Part shown: positions 7,936 to 16,211 of the stretch, one piece after another
How the letters are laid out: every line of letters begins with the position of its first letter
Numbering within the stretch: position 1 is the first letter of the stretch
Source: a virus
Lineage: Duplodnaviria; Heunggongvirae; Uroviricota; Caudoviricetes
Virus record (IMG/VR): IMGVR_UViG_3300043803_001772
DNA length: 64,000 nucleotides
Direction: 5' to 3' (one strand)
Made by a program: the position numbers and the translations under genes
Notes under the pieces: model-generated
What the model saw: only the letters and a program-made list of their open reading frames with translations
Told to the model about the DNA's origin: nothing
The model's database searches: none

Positions 7936-8644
7936 ATTTGTGGAACTACCACAAGAACCATATAAAGTTCCAATGAAACTAGAAAAGACCACATTAAATT
8001 TATTTGTAAAGCATTTACCCACATCAAGTGTGTTGGAGTATTTGATTGAGTTATTGCCTAAGTGTACTGAAAATGGTCCGTGGATTGCTGGTGGTTGTTT
8101 ACATAGAACCTATCGTAAGTTACCATTAACAAATGCTGATGTAGATGTATTCTTTAAAAACAAAGAACAATTTGAAAAGTTTGTATATGATCTGAGTGTA
8201 AGCAGTGTTACTGCGGGATATATAAAAATTGAATCTACCATATACAGTGAGTGGCATTGTACACTTACAATTAAGTATATGGATGTTGATTGGAAGATTC
8301 AGTGCGTAACATTCAAATATTTTGATACTATTGAAGAACTATTTAAGTCATTTGATATCAATGTATGTCGCATTGCTTATGATGGTACCAATGTAGTTTA
8401 TGAAAATGGCATTTTAGATGATATCAAGACTAATAAATTGAAGTTTAATGAAGGTAGTATTTACTATCCTAGTGTAACATTGAAACGATTGGTTAAGTAT
8501 ATTAAGATGGGATATGACGTTGAAGATGTGGATCTTAAATTGTTGACCCACGCTTTTTATAAGTCTAAGAAAAAAGCAATTGACATTCTTGACCAAGACT
8601 TGGCTACAAAAAAGCCAATTGAAACTTATAAAGGTTTAAAATAA
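7919..8644 (+). CDS. hypothetical protein (241 aa)
   Basis: ORF overlapping the previous stop. No motif recognised. Confidence 0.45.
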   Translation: MNLDIKFVELPQEPYKVPMKLEKTTLNLFVKHLPTSSVLEYLIELLPKCTENGPWIAGGCLHRTYRKLPLTNADVDVFFKNKEQFEKFVYDLSVSSVTAGYIKIESTIYSEWHCTLTIKYMDVDWKIQCVTFKYFDTIEELFKSFDINVCRIAYDGTNVVYENGILDDIKTNKLKFNEGSIYYPSVTLKRLVKYIKMGYDVEDVDLKLLTHAFYKSKKKAIDILDQDLATKKPIETYKGLK

Positions 8645-8648
8645 GCTG

Positions 8649-8676
8649 TTGACATTTTGAAAAAAGGTGGTAGATT
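8649..8676 (+). promoter_or_regulatory. sigma70-like early promoter TTGACA-N16-TAGATT
   Basis: aggtggTAGATT. Located immediately after the stop of 7919-8644. Confidence 0.5.
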
Positions 8677-8712
8677 GGTACTTGTGATGAGCACCAAATC
8701 TACCACTTTTTT
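8669..8712 (+). other. leader stem-loop (ggtagattggt...accaaatctacc) + T7 overlapping the -10 of promoter 8649-8676
   Basis: Imperfect 11-bp inverted repeat with a T-run. Possible attenuator or terminator inside the 5' region of gene 8687-9535. Confidence 0.3.
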
Positions 8713-9535
8713 TAGCAATCAAATCAAAAATGGACTTCTCAAGCTTGAGAAGAAAAACAAGTCTGAGTCTCACCTTTCTAGGGTTGACCACTTGGTTGCA
8801 TCGTTGACTGACATTGGCATCAACAAGCTTCCTCAATTTGACAGTGTGGATGAGTTCCTCAAGGAAGTGAATGATGTTAACAGTGATGCACATAAAATTG
8901 ACAATGTGCTTGCGTTGCCTGAGAACATCAAGCATCAAACTGGTCGTGGTGAGTTGTCTATGTTTTTGATGCTTGGTGATTCACGCAAGAGCAATATCAA
9001 ACGTGGTGAAACTGGTGATGTAACGCTTAATGACAAGTCGTATGAATTGAAGAAGGAAAGTGGCATTATTGATTTTGCTATCAAAACGAGGGGTGAAGTC
9101 ACTGATCGTTACAATGAACTTGTTATGATTCGTTCGTTTTGTGATAAGATTTTGAATGCCTATTTTGTTGACAGTAACGTTACCAAGTATTTTAATCAAT
9201 ATTTTCGTAAGAAGATCACTGAGTTTTCCAGTGCTGATTTTGAATTGTTTGATAATTTGTTGGTTATGATCAAATCTGATACTGATATTCGTAACAAGAT
9301 TACTGGTACTATTTTGATTGATGTTATCAATAACTTTTCAGCTTACGAATGGCGTAAGAAAGTTGCGCAACTGATTGTTAAAAGTTATAGTGGTGGTGTC
9401 GTTGTGTATCGTAAGAGCAAGAAGGGCAATCGTAAAGTAAAGCGAGTGGATAGCAAGTATGAATTGCTTGATGCTAAGAATGTTATTGTGCAGAATCTTA
9501 CACTGGGTAATATTCAGTTGAAGATTATTAATTAA
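8687..9535 (+). CDS. hypothetical protein (about 283 aa)
   Basis: The track ORF starts at TTG 8657, inside the promoter 8649-8676. The first ATG after the -10 is 8687 (MSTKSTTFFS...). Start is uncertain because a stem-loop plus T-run lies at 8669-8712. Confidence 0.45.
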   Translation: MSTKSTTFFSNQIKNGLLKLEKKNKSESHLSRVDHLVASLTDIGINKLPQFDSVDEFLKEVNDVNSDAHKIDNVLALPENIKHQTGRGELSMFLMLGDSRKSNIKRGETGDVTLNDKSYELKKESGIIDFAIKTRGEVTDRYNELVMIRSFCDKILNAYFVDSNVTKYFNQYFRKKITEFSSADFELFDNLLVMIKSDTDIRNKITGTILIDVINNFSAYEWRKKVAQLIVKSYSGGVVVYRKSKKGNRKVKRVDSKYELLDAKNVIVQNLTLGNIQLKIIN

Positions 9536-10241
9536 ACTCTATTATTGTTTCTTTATCTGATTTGAGTTTGGGATATTCTATAATGGGATAATTCAAACTT
9601 TTAATCAGATTTTTCTTTTCCACTTTGCTTCCCAGTGGATAGATATATCTTTCTTTGACTGACAATTCTTTGATTTTAAATGGTCTGGGTAGTACTTCTA
9701 TTAATTTGTTATAGTTAAACGTACCATATTTGTTAAATAGTGTACGTGAATGTTGCCATTTAACACCACCATCAAAACTAACAATATAACCACTGGTACC
9801 TTTGGGTCTTTCAATATTTTGATACAGCCAATTGGTAGCTTGATATATGGTACCGATGTGTCCAGCATCAGGATCAGCATAACTTATCAAACATTTTATT
9901 TCAGGATGATTGAGTTTGATATATTTCAAACATTGACCAATAACCCAACTTTCAGTATTTTTACCCAAATCATCTTCTACCCACAATCGTTTCAACTCCC
10001 ATAAATTGGAATGATTTAGTAAAGGTGATACACTTCTAGCCACATTAGCACCAGCAGTTGGTCCAAATACAACCGCCCCAACCAGCTTAGGCGCTTCAAA
10101 AAATACACTACCTTTGCTTTTGTCGAAGATTCCTATACACAACTCAGCTATGGTCCATTTGTGTGTATAATGATGTTTAACAATCAATTCTTTGGCAGTC
10201 AAATTGTTTACTTTTTCAACATAAAGATTTTCCATAAACAT
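9528..10241 (-). CDS. Mom-like DNA-modification acyltransferase (phage Mu Mom family), tentative
   Basis: From memory of the Mu Mom alignment: KHHYTHKW...VGAVVFGPTAGANVARS...WELKRLWV...KNTESWVIGQCLKYI...LISYADPDAGHIGTIYQATNWLYQ resembles the Mom HHY and SYAD..GH.G.IYQA.W.Y motifs. Opposite strand to the surrounding genes. Confidence 0.45.
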   Translation of the reverse strand: MFMENLYVEKVNNLTAKELIVKHHYTHKWTIAELCIGIFDKSKGSVFFEAPKLVGAVVFGPTAGANVARSVSPLLNHSNLWELKRLWVEDDLGKNTESWVIGQCLKYIKLNHPEIKCLISYADPDAGHIGTIYQATNWLYQNIERPKGTSGYIVSFDGGVKWQHSRTLFNKYGTFNYNKLIEVLPRPFKIKELSVKERYIYPLGSKVEKKNLIKSLNYPIIEYPKLKSDKETIIEFN

Positions 10242-10262
10242 ATCATATCATACCCACCTCAA
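10242..10262 (-). promoter_or_regulatory. candidate promoter for the Mom-like gene (TTGAAA-N17-TATGAT on minus strand, near-leaderless)
   Basis: Reverse complement reads ttgaaattttgaggtgggtatgatatgatATG. Weak. Confidence 0.25.
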
Positions 10263-10286
10263 AATTTCAAAATATAAAAAAGGTTG

Positions 10287-10315
10287 TTGACTTTTTATAA
10301 AGTCGCTGGTATTAT
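10287..10315 (+). promoter_or_regulatory. sigma70-like promoter TTGACT-N17-TATTAT for the deaminase-like gene
   Basis: Seen directly. Divergent from the Mom-like gene. Confidence 0.5.
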
Positions 10316-10718
10316 GAATTTAGTAATGAACAGTAAGATTTTGAAGCGTACCATTGACATTGCCAAAGCTATGTGTCCGCTTAACCTAGAGCATAGGTGT
10401 AGTCATATAGCTTTTTTGATTAAGTGTGGAAAGATTGTACATATTGGTACAAATAGCTGTAAGAGTCATCCTGAGACACTTAAATACGATTATAAAAACC
10501 ATCAACTGGTTGGTTTGCACGCTGAGTTGAGTGTGTGTATGAAGAGTGGCAAGGAGGATCTTAGGGATTTTAAAATGGTTGTTCTTAGGGTAGATCGAAC
10601 TGGCAAGTTGAACAACAGCAAGCCGTGTTGTGGTTGTCAAAGTGTGATCAAGCAATTTAATGTGGGTGAAGTGTGGTATAGCGATTCTAATGGAGATGTA
10701 ATTAAAAATGAAAATTGA
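10314..10718 (+). CDS. cytidine/dCMP deaminase-fold zinc enzyme (about 134 aa)
   Basis: Zinc-binding HAE (GLHAELSVC) and PCxxC (KPCCGCQ) signature of the CDA/dCMP deaminase fold. The track start TTG 10284 lies inside the -35 of promoter 10287-10315. ATG 10314 or 10326 is the likely start (near-leaderless). Confidence 0.6.
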   Translation: MNLVMNSKILKRTIDIAKAMCPLNLEHRCSHIAFLIKCGKIVHIGTNSCKSHPETLKYDYKNHQLVGLHAELSVCMKSGKEDLRDFKMVVLRVDRTGKLNNSKPCCGCQSVIKQFNVGEVWYSDSNGDVIKNEN

Positions 10719-11229
10719 ATTCAAATCTGAGGTTTATAGTCTGGGAGAAATTTCTCTTAAAGAACTGAAACGATACAAGATGATTAATGACTATGTTTAC
10801 AATCAAGTTAGAGTTGGCGGATGTGGGGAATTGATTGAACGAATCATATTGGATTATTTGACCACCAAAAGCGGTTATACCAATATCAAAAAGAGTCCAG
10901 CAAACAGCAAGTGGGATTTTGAATTAACAGATGATCCCACCGTTCGTGTAGACGTTCGTCGTGTATCTCCGACAAATACAATTTATCTTGGACATACATC
11001 AGGCAATCTTAAAAAATTGATTTGGGAAGACAAAGCTGAAGTTCTCAACAACGGTGGGTATTTTTGTATCAAGTTGTGTGAGGATAAAATGGTGTTGTTT
11101 TATATTTCAGCAAAAAGTTTGCTCAATTATGTGTATGAACATCCTAATTTCGAGTTAAAAAACGAAGTACCTGTAAAAATTCTCAACGAAAAATTTTGGA
11201 AGACGCTCAACGTTCCGCTTGACAATTAA
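10708..11229 (+). CDS. hypothetical protein (173 aa)
   Basis: ORF overlapping the deaminase stop. No convincing motif. Confidence 0.45.
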   Translation: MKIEFKSEVYSLGEISLKELKRYKMINDYVYNQVRVGGCGELIERIILDYLTTKSGYTNIKKSPANSKWDFELTDDPTVRVDVRRVSPTNTIYLGHTSGNLKKLIWEDKAEVLNNGGYFCIKLCEDKMVLFYISAKSLLNYVYEHPNFELKNEVPVKILNEKFWKTLNVPLDN

Positions 11230-11253
11230 AGAAACCAATGTTAAGATGATTTT

Positions 11254-11285
11254 GTTGTGAGGAACTGGTTCACAACTCTTAATTT
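11254..11285 (+). terminator. possible weak terminator hairpin (gttgtga/tcacaac)
   Basis: 7-bp stem, 9-nt loop, weak T tract. Sits in the 150-nt gap before 11380. Confidence 0.3.
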
Positions 11286-11379
11286 AAATCCAAAAAGCAC
11301 TTACGCTGTCTGTGATAAAAATTATTAATTAGACAATTATGTCATAACCCAAATCCAGTAATAAAAGGAAAATAATAAT

Positions 11380-12561
11380 ATGATCGGTACAAATGAAAAG
11401 ACAATTAAGTCCACAACTGAAAACTGGGAACTCTCCAATGTAAAGAAGTTTCTCGATAGCGTCTTTATCGACGATAGTTTTCAAAGTCCTGCACGTTGGG
11501 ACGGTGCAAAGTCACGCAGTTATCTTGATTCGCTATTTAAGGGAATCGCTCCAAGCAAGTTTATTTTTGCTGATGTAGTTGAATGCCGGAAGAATTCACT
11601 GTCAACGGAAGATATCAACTATTATTCCGATTGGCTTTCCGAGGGAGCTAACTATCTTAACCTTGATAGCAACAACCGTTTTACTACCCTACGATTGTTG
11701 TTTACTAACCAACTGGAATTGCGTGCTGGAACATATTGTGACAATCTAGGCAATAAGTTTACTATCAAGCGTGAACAGCGGTGGGCTGATCTAAGCGAAT
11801 CAGTTAAGGATTTTATTCTTACTCGTACAATTACACTGGAAGTGTATACCAAGGCTACTCGTTCACAGTTGAGTGACATTTTCATCGCTGTAAATAGTGG
11901 ATGTGAATTGAACGCTGCTGAAAAGCGTAACGCTATTATTAGTCCCATCTCAAAGATTTGTCGGGAATTGGGTGAGAACTATTACAAGAATTTCAGTACC
12001 CGTAGTTGGATTCTTTCAATCTTTTCAGAACAGGATTATAACCGTCGTAAGATTGACTCACAGTTTGCTGGTATGGCATTCTTCCATAGTTTTGGATTCA
12101 AGAAGAACATCAGTGATGGTATTCTTTATAGTGAATATGAAACTGGCTCTGAGCTAAATAGCAAGTCAACTTGTTTTAAGAATGACGTAGATGAATTCTT
12201 TAATACGTGGGTTGCTCCAAATGAAGATATCTTCAAGGAAAGTATGAAGCTAAGTAAGCAAACTGTGTTTGACTTGTTTGTGTTTTATCACCGTCATCGT
12301 AATCAGATCAAGGATGTGAATATGTTTCTGAAAAAGTTTGTGGAAATCAACACTCTTTTGAAGAAGAATCCTGAAGCTGACCACAAGGTTGGCGACAAAA
12401 AGATGACATACGCAGCGTTGCTCCGTGGTCGTGAAACCCCAAAGTGTCAGAAGCGATATGAACTGTTGGCCAATGGATTGGTTAAGTCAAAGGTAATGAC
12501 AGACGAAAACGTAACAGCAGTTTATAAGTATAAAACAAAAATCAATACAGTGTCAGCTTAA
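11380..12561 (+). CDS. DUF262-like (ParB/Srx-fold, GmrSD N-domain-like) protein
   Basis: QSPARWDGAKSRSYLDSLFKG and LDSNNRFTTLRLL parallel the DUF262 'fQR..vW' and 'DGQQRLTTL' motifs (QQ to NN). IFIAVNSGCELNAAEKRNA matches the second DUF262 block. RBS AAAGGAAAA upstream. Confidence 0.5.
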   Translation: MIGTNEKTIKSTTENWELSNVKKFLDSVFIDDSFQSPARWDGAKSRSYLDSLFKGIAPSKFIFADVVECRKNSLSTEDINYYSDWLSEGANYLNLDSNNRFTTLRLLFTNQLELRAGTYCDNLGNKFTIKREQRWADLSESVKDFILTRTITLEVYTKATRSQLSDIFIAVNSGCELNAAEKRNAIISPISKICRELGENYYKNFSTRSWILSIFSEQDYNRRKIDSQFAGMAFFHSFGFKKNISDGILYSEYETGSELNSKSTCFKNDVDEFFNTWVAPNEDIFKESMKLSKQTVFDLFVFYHRHRNQIKDVNMFLKKFVEINTLLKKNPEADHKVGDKKMTYAALLRGRETPKCQKRYELLANGLVKSKVMTDENVTAVYKYKTKINTVSA

Positions 12562-12571
12562 ACCACACCAA

Positions 12572-12606
12572 AGTCAAGGACGATGAAAATCTCCTTGACT
12601 TTTTTC
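12572..12606 (+). terminator. rho-independent terminator (agtcaagga/tccttgact + TTTTTT) overlapping the next promoter's -35
   Basis: 9-bp stem, 11-nt loop, T6. Located after the DUF262-like gene. Confidence 0.6.
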
Positions 12607-12623
12607 TTGCGCCGTGGTAATAT
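12595..12623 (+). promoter_or_regulatory. sigma70-like promoter TTGACT-N17-TAATAT for the DNA ligase, -35 embedded in terminator stem
   Basis: ccgtggTAATAT. The -35 hexamer forms the 3' arm of hairpin 12572-12600. Confidence 0.55.
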
Positions 12624-12633
12624 TATAAAAGAT

Positions 12634-13731
12634 ATGAAACTACCTATGTTATTCGCTCGTACCAATACGGGTGCTATTCAAACTTGGACCATTGAGGTTG
12701 ATGGTAACAAGTATCGTACTCACTATGGACAGATTGATGGAGCAATCCAAACAACCGAATGGACTTTGTGTGAGGGTAAAAATTCAGGTAAAAAGAATGC
12801 TACTTCATCTGAAGATCAAGCCGTAAAAGAAGCCAAAGCCACTTGGAAGAAGAAGAAAGAAAGTGGTTATTTTGAAAACATCAAGGACATTGATGAATCT
12901 TCATTTACTGAGCCAATGTTGGCCAAGAACTATGATGACTACAAGGATGAATTGAAGTATCCAGTTTATAGTCAACCCAAGTTGGATGGTATTCGTTGTG
13001 TTGTAAAGCGTGATGGTATGTGGAGCCGTAATGGTAAACCTATTGTTTCAGCTCCTCACGTACTGGTTGCATTGAAACCTTTCTTTGACAAGTTCCCCAA
13101 TGCAATTCTTGATGGTGAATTGTATGCTGATAAGTTTGCCAATGACTTTAATGCTATTTGTAGTTTGGTAAAGAAGACCAAGCCTACCGCTGAAGATTTG
13201 GCTGAGAGTGAAAAGAATATTCAATACTGGGTTTATGACTGGATTGTACAGAAGACTTTTAGTGACCGCAATAGTGACATTACTACTTATATTGTTAATA
13301 ACAATGTGGTTCGTCGTGTTCCGACTCACCTTGTGGACACGATTACACATTTAAATGAGTTGTATGAAAAGTATGTTGACGAAGGATACGAGGGTCAGAT
13401 GGTTCGTACCGATGGGCCATATGAGAACAAACGAAGCAAACATCTTCTCAAGCGTAAGGAGTTTCAAGATAGTGAATTCACTATTCTTGATATTGTTGAA
13501 GGTGTAGGTAACAAGAGTGGTATGGCTGGACATATGGTATTCAAAAACCATAAAGGTATTGAGTTCCACAGTAATATTAAGGGTGATCGGCAATATTTGA
13601 AGCAACTATTGAAGAATAAAAATAAGCTCATTGGAAAGAGTGCTACGGTGAAGTATTTTAACCTTACACCTGGAGATGAACTGCCCAGATTCCCGTATGT
13701 CACCAACATTGATCGTGAAAGTTATGAATAA
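12634..13731 (+). CDS. ATP-dependent DNA ligase (T7-ligase-sized, 366 aa)
   Basis: Motif I PKLDGIRCVV, motif III ILDGELYAD, motif IV YEGQMVRTD, motif V HLLKRKEF. The track start 12583 lies inside terminator/promoter 12572-12623. The ATG at 12634 follows the -10. Confidence 0.8.
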   Translation: MKLPMLFARTNTGAIQTWTIEVDGNKYRTHYGQIDGAIQTTEWTLCEGKNSGKKNATSSEDQAVKEAKATWKKKKESGYFENIKDIDESSFTEPMLAKNYDDYKDELKYPVYSQPKLDGIRCVVKRDGMWSRNGKPIVSAPHVLVALKPFFDKFPNAILDGELYADKFANDFNAICSLVKKTKPTAEDLAESEKNIQYWVYDWIVQKTFSDRNSDITTYIVNNNVVRRVPTHLVDTITHLNELYEKYVDEGYEGQMVRTDGPYENKRSKHLLKRKEFQDSEFTILDIVEGVGNKSGMAGHMVFKNHKGIEFHSNIKGDRQYLKQLLKNKNKLIGKSATVKYFNLTPGDELPRFPYVTNIDRESYE

Positions 13732-13918
13732 TATTAATAAAACTAAATCTGCTAGAATTGTATTGGACATTGAATGGGAAGCTGTTGATGATAGTGATCT
13801 ACCATCCCTATGGGATTGGAAACGCATCAAGATGCCTATGGATTTGACCAAGGTAAAGTATATTGGTATTCAAACCCCAAATGGACCAGAGAATGTAACT
13901 AATTGGATGGGAAATTAA
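13724..13918 (+). CDS. small hypothetical protein (64 aa)
   Basis: ATGAATAA start overlaps the ligase stop. Trimmed from track ORF 13676-13918. Confidence 0.35.
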   Translation: MNNINKTKSARIVLDIEWEAVDDSDLPSLWDWKRIKMPMDLTKVKYIGIQTPNGPENVTNWMGN

Positions 13919-14112
13919 ATTATATGACTATTGTAAAAACATCAGAAATTATTGAATGGGTTAAAAACGCAGTGGAAAAGAAGATGATCAAGGAATTGAA
14001 TATTCCTAATGCTAAGGTTTATCTTAGTTGTGATCGTCCAAATCCAGATGTAATTCTTGAAACCAAGAATGCAGATGGTGATCTACAGATTGTAAGATTT
14101 CTGATTATATGA
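13903..14112 (+). CDS. small hypothetical protein (69 aa)
   Basis: ORF overlapping the previous stop by 16 nt. Confidence 0.3.
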   Translation: MDGKLNYMTIVKTSEIIEWVKNAVEKKMIKELNIPNAKVYLSCDRPNPDVILETKNADGDLQIVRFLII

Positions 14113-14190
14113 ACACTGACACACTATATTATGGATTGTGTTTTATTGGATTATTACTAATTATCAGTGCATTTTTTATTATAACCAAAG

Positions 14191-14388
14191 ATGACAACCA
14201 ATAAGTTTTTCTTGAAGTTAGCTAGAACTATTGACCACCGTGTAGGTCATACAGATGAATGTAAGCCAGATGTGCCTGTATTGCCTGTAAATTATGCTCT
14301 AGCTAGTTTTTCCTTGAGGTTTATCATTGTTCTGGTAAACTTTATTACATGCGCCTTTATTATCGCAAACATCATTCATCACTGGTAA
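14191..14388 (+). CDS. small hydrophobic protein (65 aa)
   Basis: ORF with a C-terminal hydrophobic segment. Weak. Confidence 0.25.
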   Translation: MTTNKFFLKLARTIDHRVGHTDECKPDVPVLPVNYALASFSLRFIIVLVNFITCAFIIANIIHHW

Positions 14389-14394
14389 ACATTT

Positions 14395-14586
14395 ATGAGC
14401 AATCCAAAATATTATTTAACAGTTAATCTACCACCAAATTTTGACGATGTAGATGCAGAGGCCATTAAAACTGATTTAATGGCTTATATTAACAGCAAGA
14501 ATCAGTATGGGGCTATGTATGGTCCCAAGTCACATAAAAAAGGAATTACTGTTGATAAAGTAATTTACAGAACCAATGAAGACTAA
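14395..14586 (+). CDS. small hypothetical protein (63 aa)
   Basis: First of a run of seven tightly overlapping small ORFs (ATGA-type overlaps). Confidence 0.35.
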   Translation: MSNPKYYLTVNLPPNFDDVDAEAIKTDLMAYINSKNQYGAMYGPKSHKKGITVDKVIYRTNED

Positions 14587-14794
14587 CAAAATAGTAATTG
14601 ATAGACTACGAGAATTTACACAAAAAAATTGTAATACCACAATTGATCCAAAGTTGTGTGAAGATATTCGTTATCTATGTGATGAAGTGGAACGATTTAG
14701 CCGTGAGATTGTAAAGGCTAATGATCATATGGATGAAGATTTTATTACAATTCAAAGATATAAAAATAAACTAAGCAAATATGAATCGTTTTAA
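14576..14794 (+). CDS. small Cys-containing hypothetical protein (72 aa)
   Basis: Overlaps neighbours at both ends. Confidence 0.35.
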   Translation: MKTNKIVIDRLREFTQKNCNTTIDPKLCEDIRYLCDEVERFSREIVKANDHMDEDFITIQRYKNKLSKYESF

Positions 14795-15005
14795 TAAAAT
14801 TATGTTGGGTAGTTTAGCAGCAATTCTATTGACTGCTATGACAGTAGAACCACCAAAAATTAAGGTATATCTAATTATGTCATATAGAGGTAATGATTTG
14901 GCAATTGAAAAGGTATATCTCAAGAAAGAAAATGCTGAAAAATATCGTGATATGTACAAAGATAGTCATAATTATTCAGTAGAAGAACGTGAGTTAACAG
15001 AATGA
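14781..15005 (+). CDS. small protein with N-terminal hydrophobic helix (74 aa)
   Basis: ORF in the same overlapping series. Confidence 0.35.
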   Translation: MNRFNKIMLGSLAAILLTAMTVEPPKIKVYLIMSYRGNDLAIEKVYLKKENAEKYRDMYKDSHNYSVEERELTE

Positions 15006-15247
15006 AGAAACTATTAATTATTGCATTATTGTGTACTGGATGTTCCAGTGGAATGTTGTTGAGATACAGTTATAATAGAGCATTGGAAACACTACCTCCT
15101 TGCAGCAGAGTGCATTCTATTAACAACGAGTATATTACTTATAGTATGATTGAAAACTCCACAAATAGTGTATATGTAGTACACACAAACTATTATAGGG
15201 CTTATTATAATTGTGACGGTAAAATCATTAAAACAATTAAAAATTGA
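15002..15247 (+). CDS. small secreted/lipoprotein-like protein (81 aa)
   Basis: MKKLLIIALLCTGCSSG signal-like N-terminus. Confidence 0.4.
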   Translation: MKKLLIIALLCTGCSSGMLLRYSYNRALETLPPCSRVHSINNEYITYSMIENSTNSVYVVHTNYYRAYYNCDGKIIKTIKN

Positions 15248-15456
15248 TGAAAGAACAAATTGATTCTATCATCAAAAAACATTGCTTAAAAATGCAAGAA
15301 GTAGATAAGAACAAAAGCATTCCTATGACAGTAAAAGATTTGGATCATATTGTATATGATATGTACCGAGAACTGTATGGACTACGTGATATACGTGCTA
15401 GTAACTACAATCTTAATAGTTTTACCGCAGATGATAAAAAGGGTCATTGTTGTTAA
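15244..15456 (+). CDS. small hypothetical protein (70 aa)
   Basis: ORF in the same overlapping series. Confidence 0.35.
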   Translation: MMKEQIDSIIKKHCLKMQEVDKNKSIPMTVKDLDHIVYDMYRELYGLRDIRASNYNLNSFTADDKKGHCC

Positions 15457-15740
15457 TTATGAAAAAGAAACAAACTCCAGCGTGTCAAAAAGTGGAACTA
15501 GACAATTGTTTTAGTTGTAAAGTTGTTGCTGGCAAACCACACAAAAAAAAGTGTGACATTGAAAGATGTAGTGTATGTGGTGGCCAAAAGTTAGGATGTG
15601 AGTGTGTTGACCACGATAAACAATTTGCTAGATGGACTGGCTTTTGGCCTGGGGAACTTGAATGTAAAGCGTTGAATATGGATTTGAATACTTTTTATAT
15701 GACAGGAATGCACAAAATATTCTTTGTCAAACCCCGATAA
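15447..15740 (+). CDS. Cys-rich putative zinc-binding small protein (97 aa)
   Basis: CQKVELDNCFSCK...KKCDIERCSVCGG...GCECVDHD: four or more CxxC-like pairs. Confidence 0.4.
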   Translation: MLLIMKKKQTPACQKVELDNCFSCKVVAGKPHKKKCDIERCSVCGGQKLGCECVDHDKQFARWTGFWPGELECKALNMDLNTFYMTGMHKIFFVKPR

Positions 15741-15746
15741 TATATT

Positions 15747-16010
15747 ATGGCTACAAAAATTACAGAACACAATGAACTAATTGCTACCAGAGTACCACCT
15801 GGCGATAGATGGACTCTTGTGAATGATACCCGCAAAATAATTCATCCAAGTATCACTGAAGCGCTTGAATCTTATTTCAAAGAAACCAAAATCAAGTGTG
15901 AATATAGACTAGCCCCACTAGATAGCAAATTGTATGCTATTAAGACTATTGAAGAAGAAGTGGTACCACAACCACCCAAAGGCTTCAATATCTATGGTGA
16001 TCCCGTTTAA
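15747..16010 (+). CDS. hypothetical protein (87 aa), last plus-strand gene
   Basis: ORF ends inside the palindrome ccgtttaaacgg, which also holds the stop of the convergent minus-strand gene. Confidence 0.4.
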   Translation: MATKITEHNELIATRVPPGDRWTLVNDTRKIIHPSITEALESYFKETKIKCEYRLAPLDSKLYAIKTIEEEVVPQPPKGFNIYGDPV

Positions 16011-16014
16011 ACGG
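16003..16014. other. perfect 12-bp palindrome ccgtttaaacgg containing the stops of both convergent genes
   Basis: TAA at 16008-16010 (+) and TAA read from 16009-16007 (-). Confidence 0.5.
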
Positions 16015-16201
16015 TTTCGGTATTAGCGGTGGGGGGGCTAGTAAAATCACCAGTTGTTTGTTGTGATTGAGATTGTATACGATTGGTGATTTCTTGATTC
16101 AAAATTCGAATGTTATTTTGTGCCAATTCGATTTTTGCAAGTTCATCGTATGCCAAACTTTTCAATTCAACCACGGTGAAATCAGATATTTGTTTTTGCA
16201 T
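16007..16201 (-). CDS. small paralogous protein 1 (64 aa)
   Basis: Shares (V/L)VELK(S/A)(L/F)AYDE..K(I/L)...QNN(I/L)RI(L/I)NQE with the adjacent ORF. Confidence 0.4.
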   Translation of the reverse strand: MQKQISDFTVVELKSLAYDELAKIELAQNNIRILNQEITNRIQSQSQQTTGDFTSPPTANTETV

Positions 16202-16211
16202 ATAACTTATA

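Noticed and set aside
10708-11229. PD-(D/E)xK nuclease call for 10708-11229 from the DFELTDD...VDVRRV stretch
   Set aside because: The third motif has Arg instead of the catalytic Lys and the spacing is atypical. Too weak to annotate.
11230-11380. tRNA gene in the 150-nt gap (GGTTCACAAC resembles a T-arm)
   Set aside because: No cloverleaf can be drawn. No acceptor stem or anticodon arm, and no CCA or discriminator context. Better explained as a weak terminator hairpin plus an AT-rich leader.
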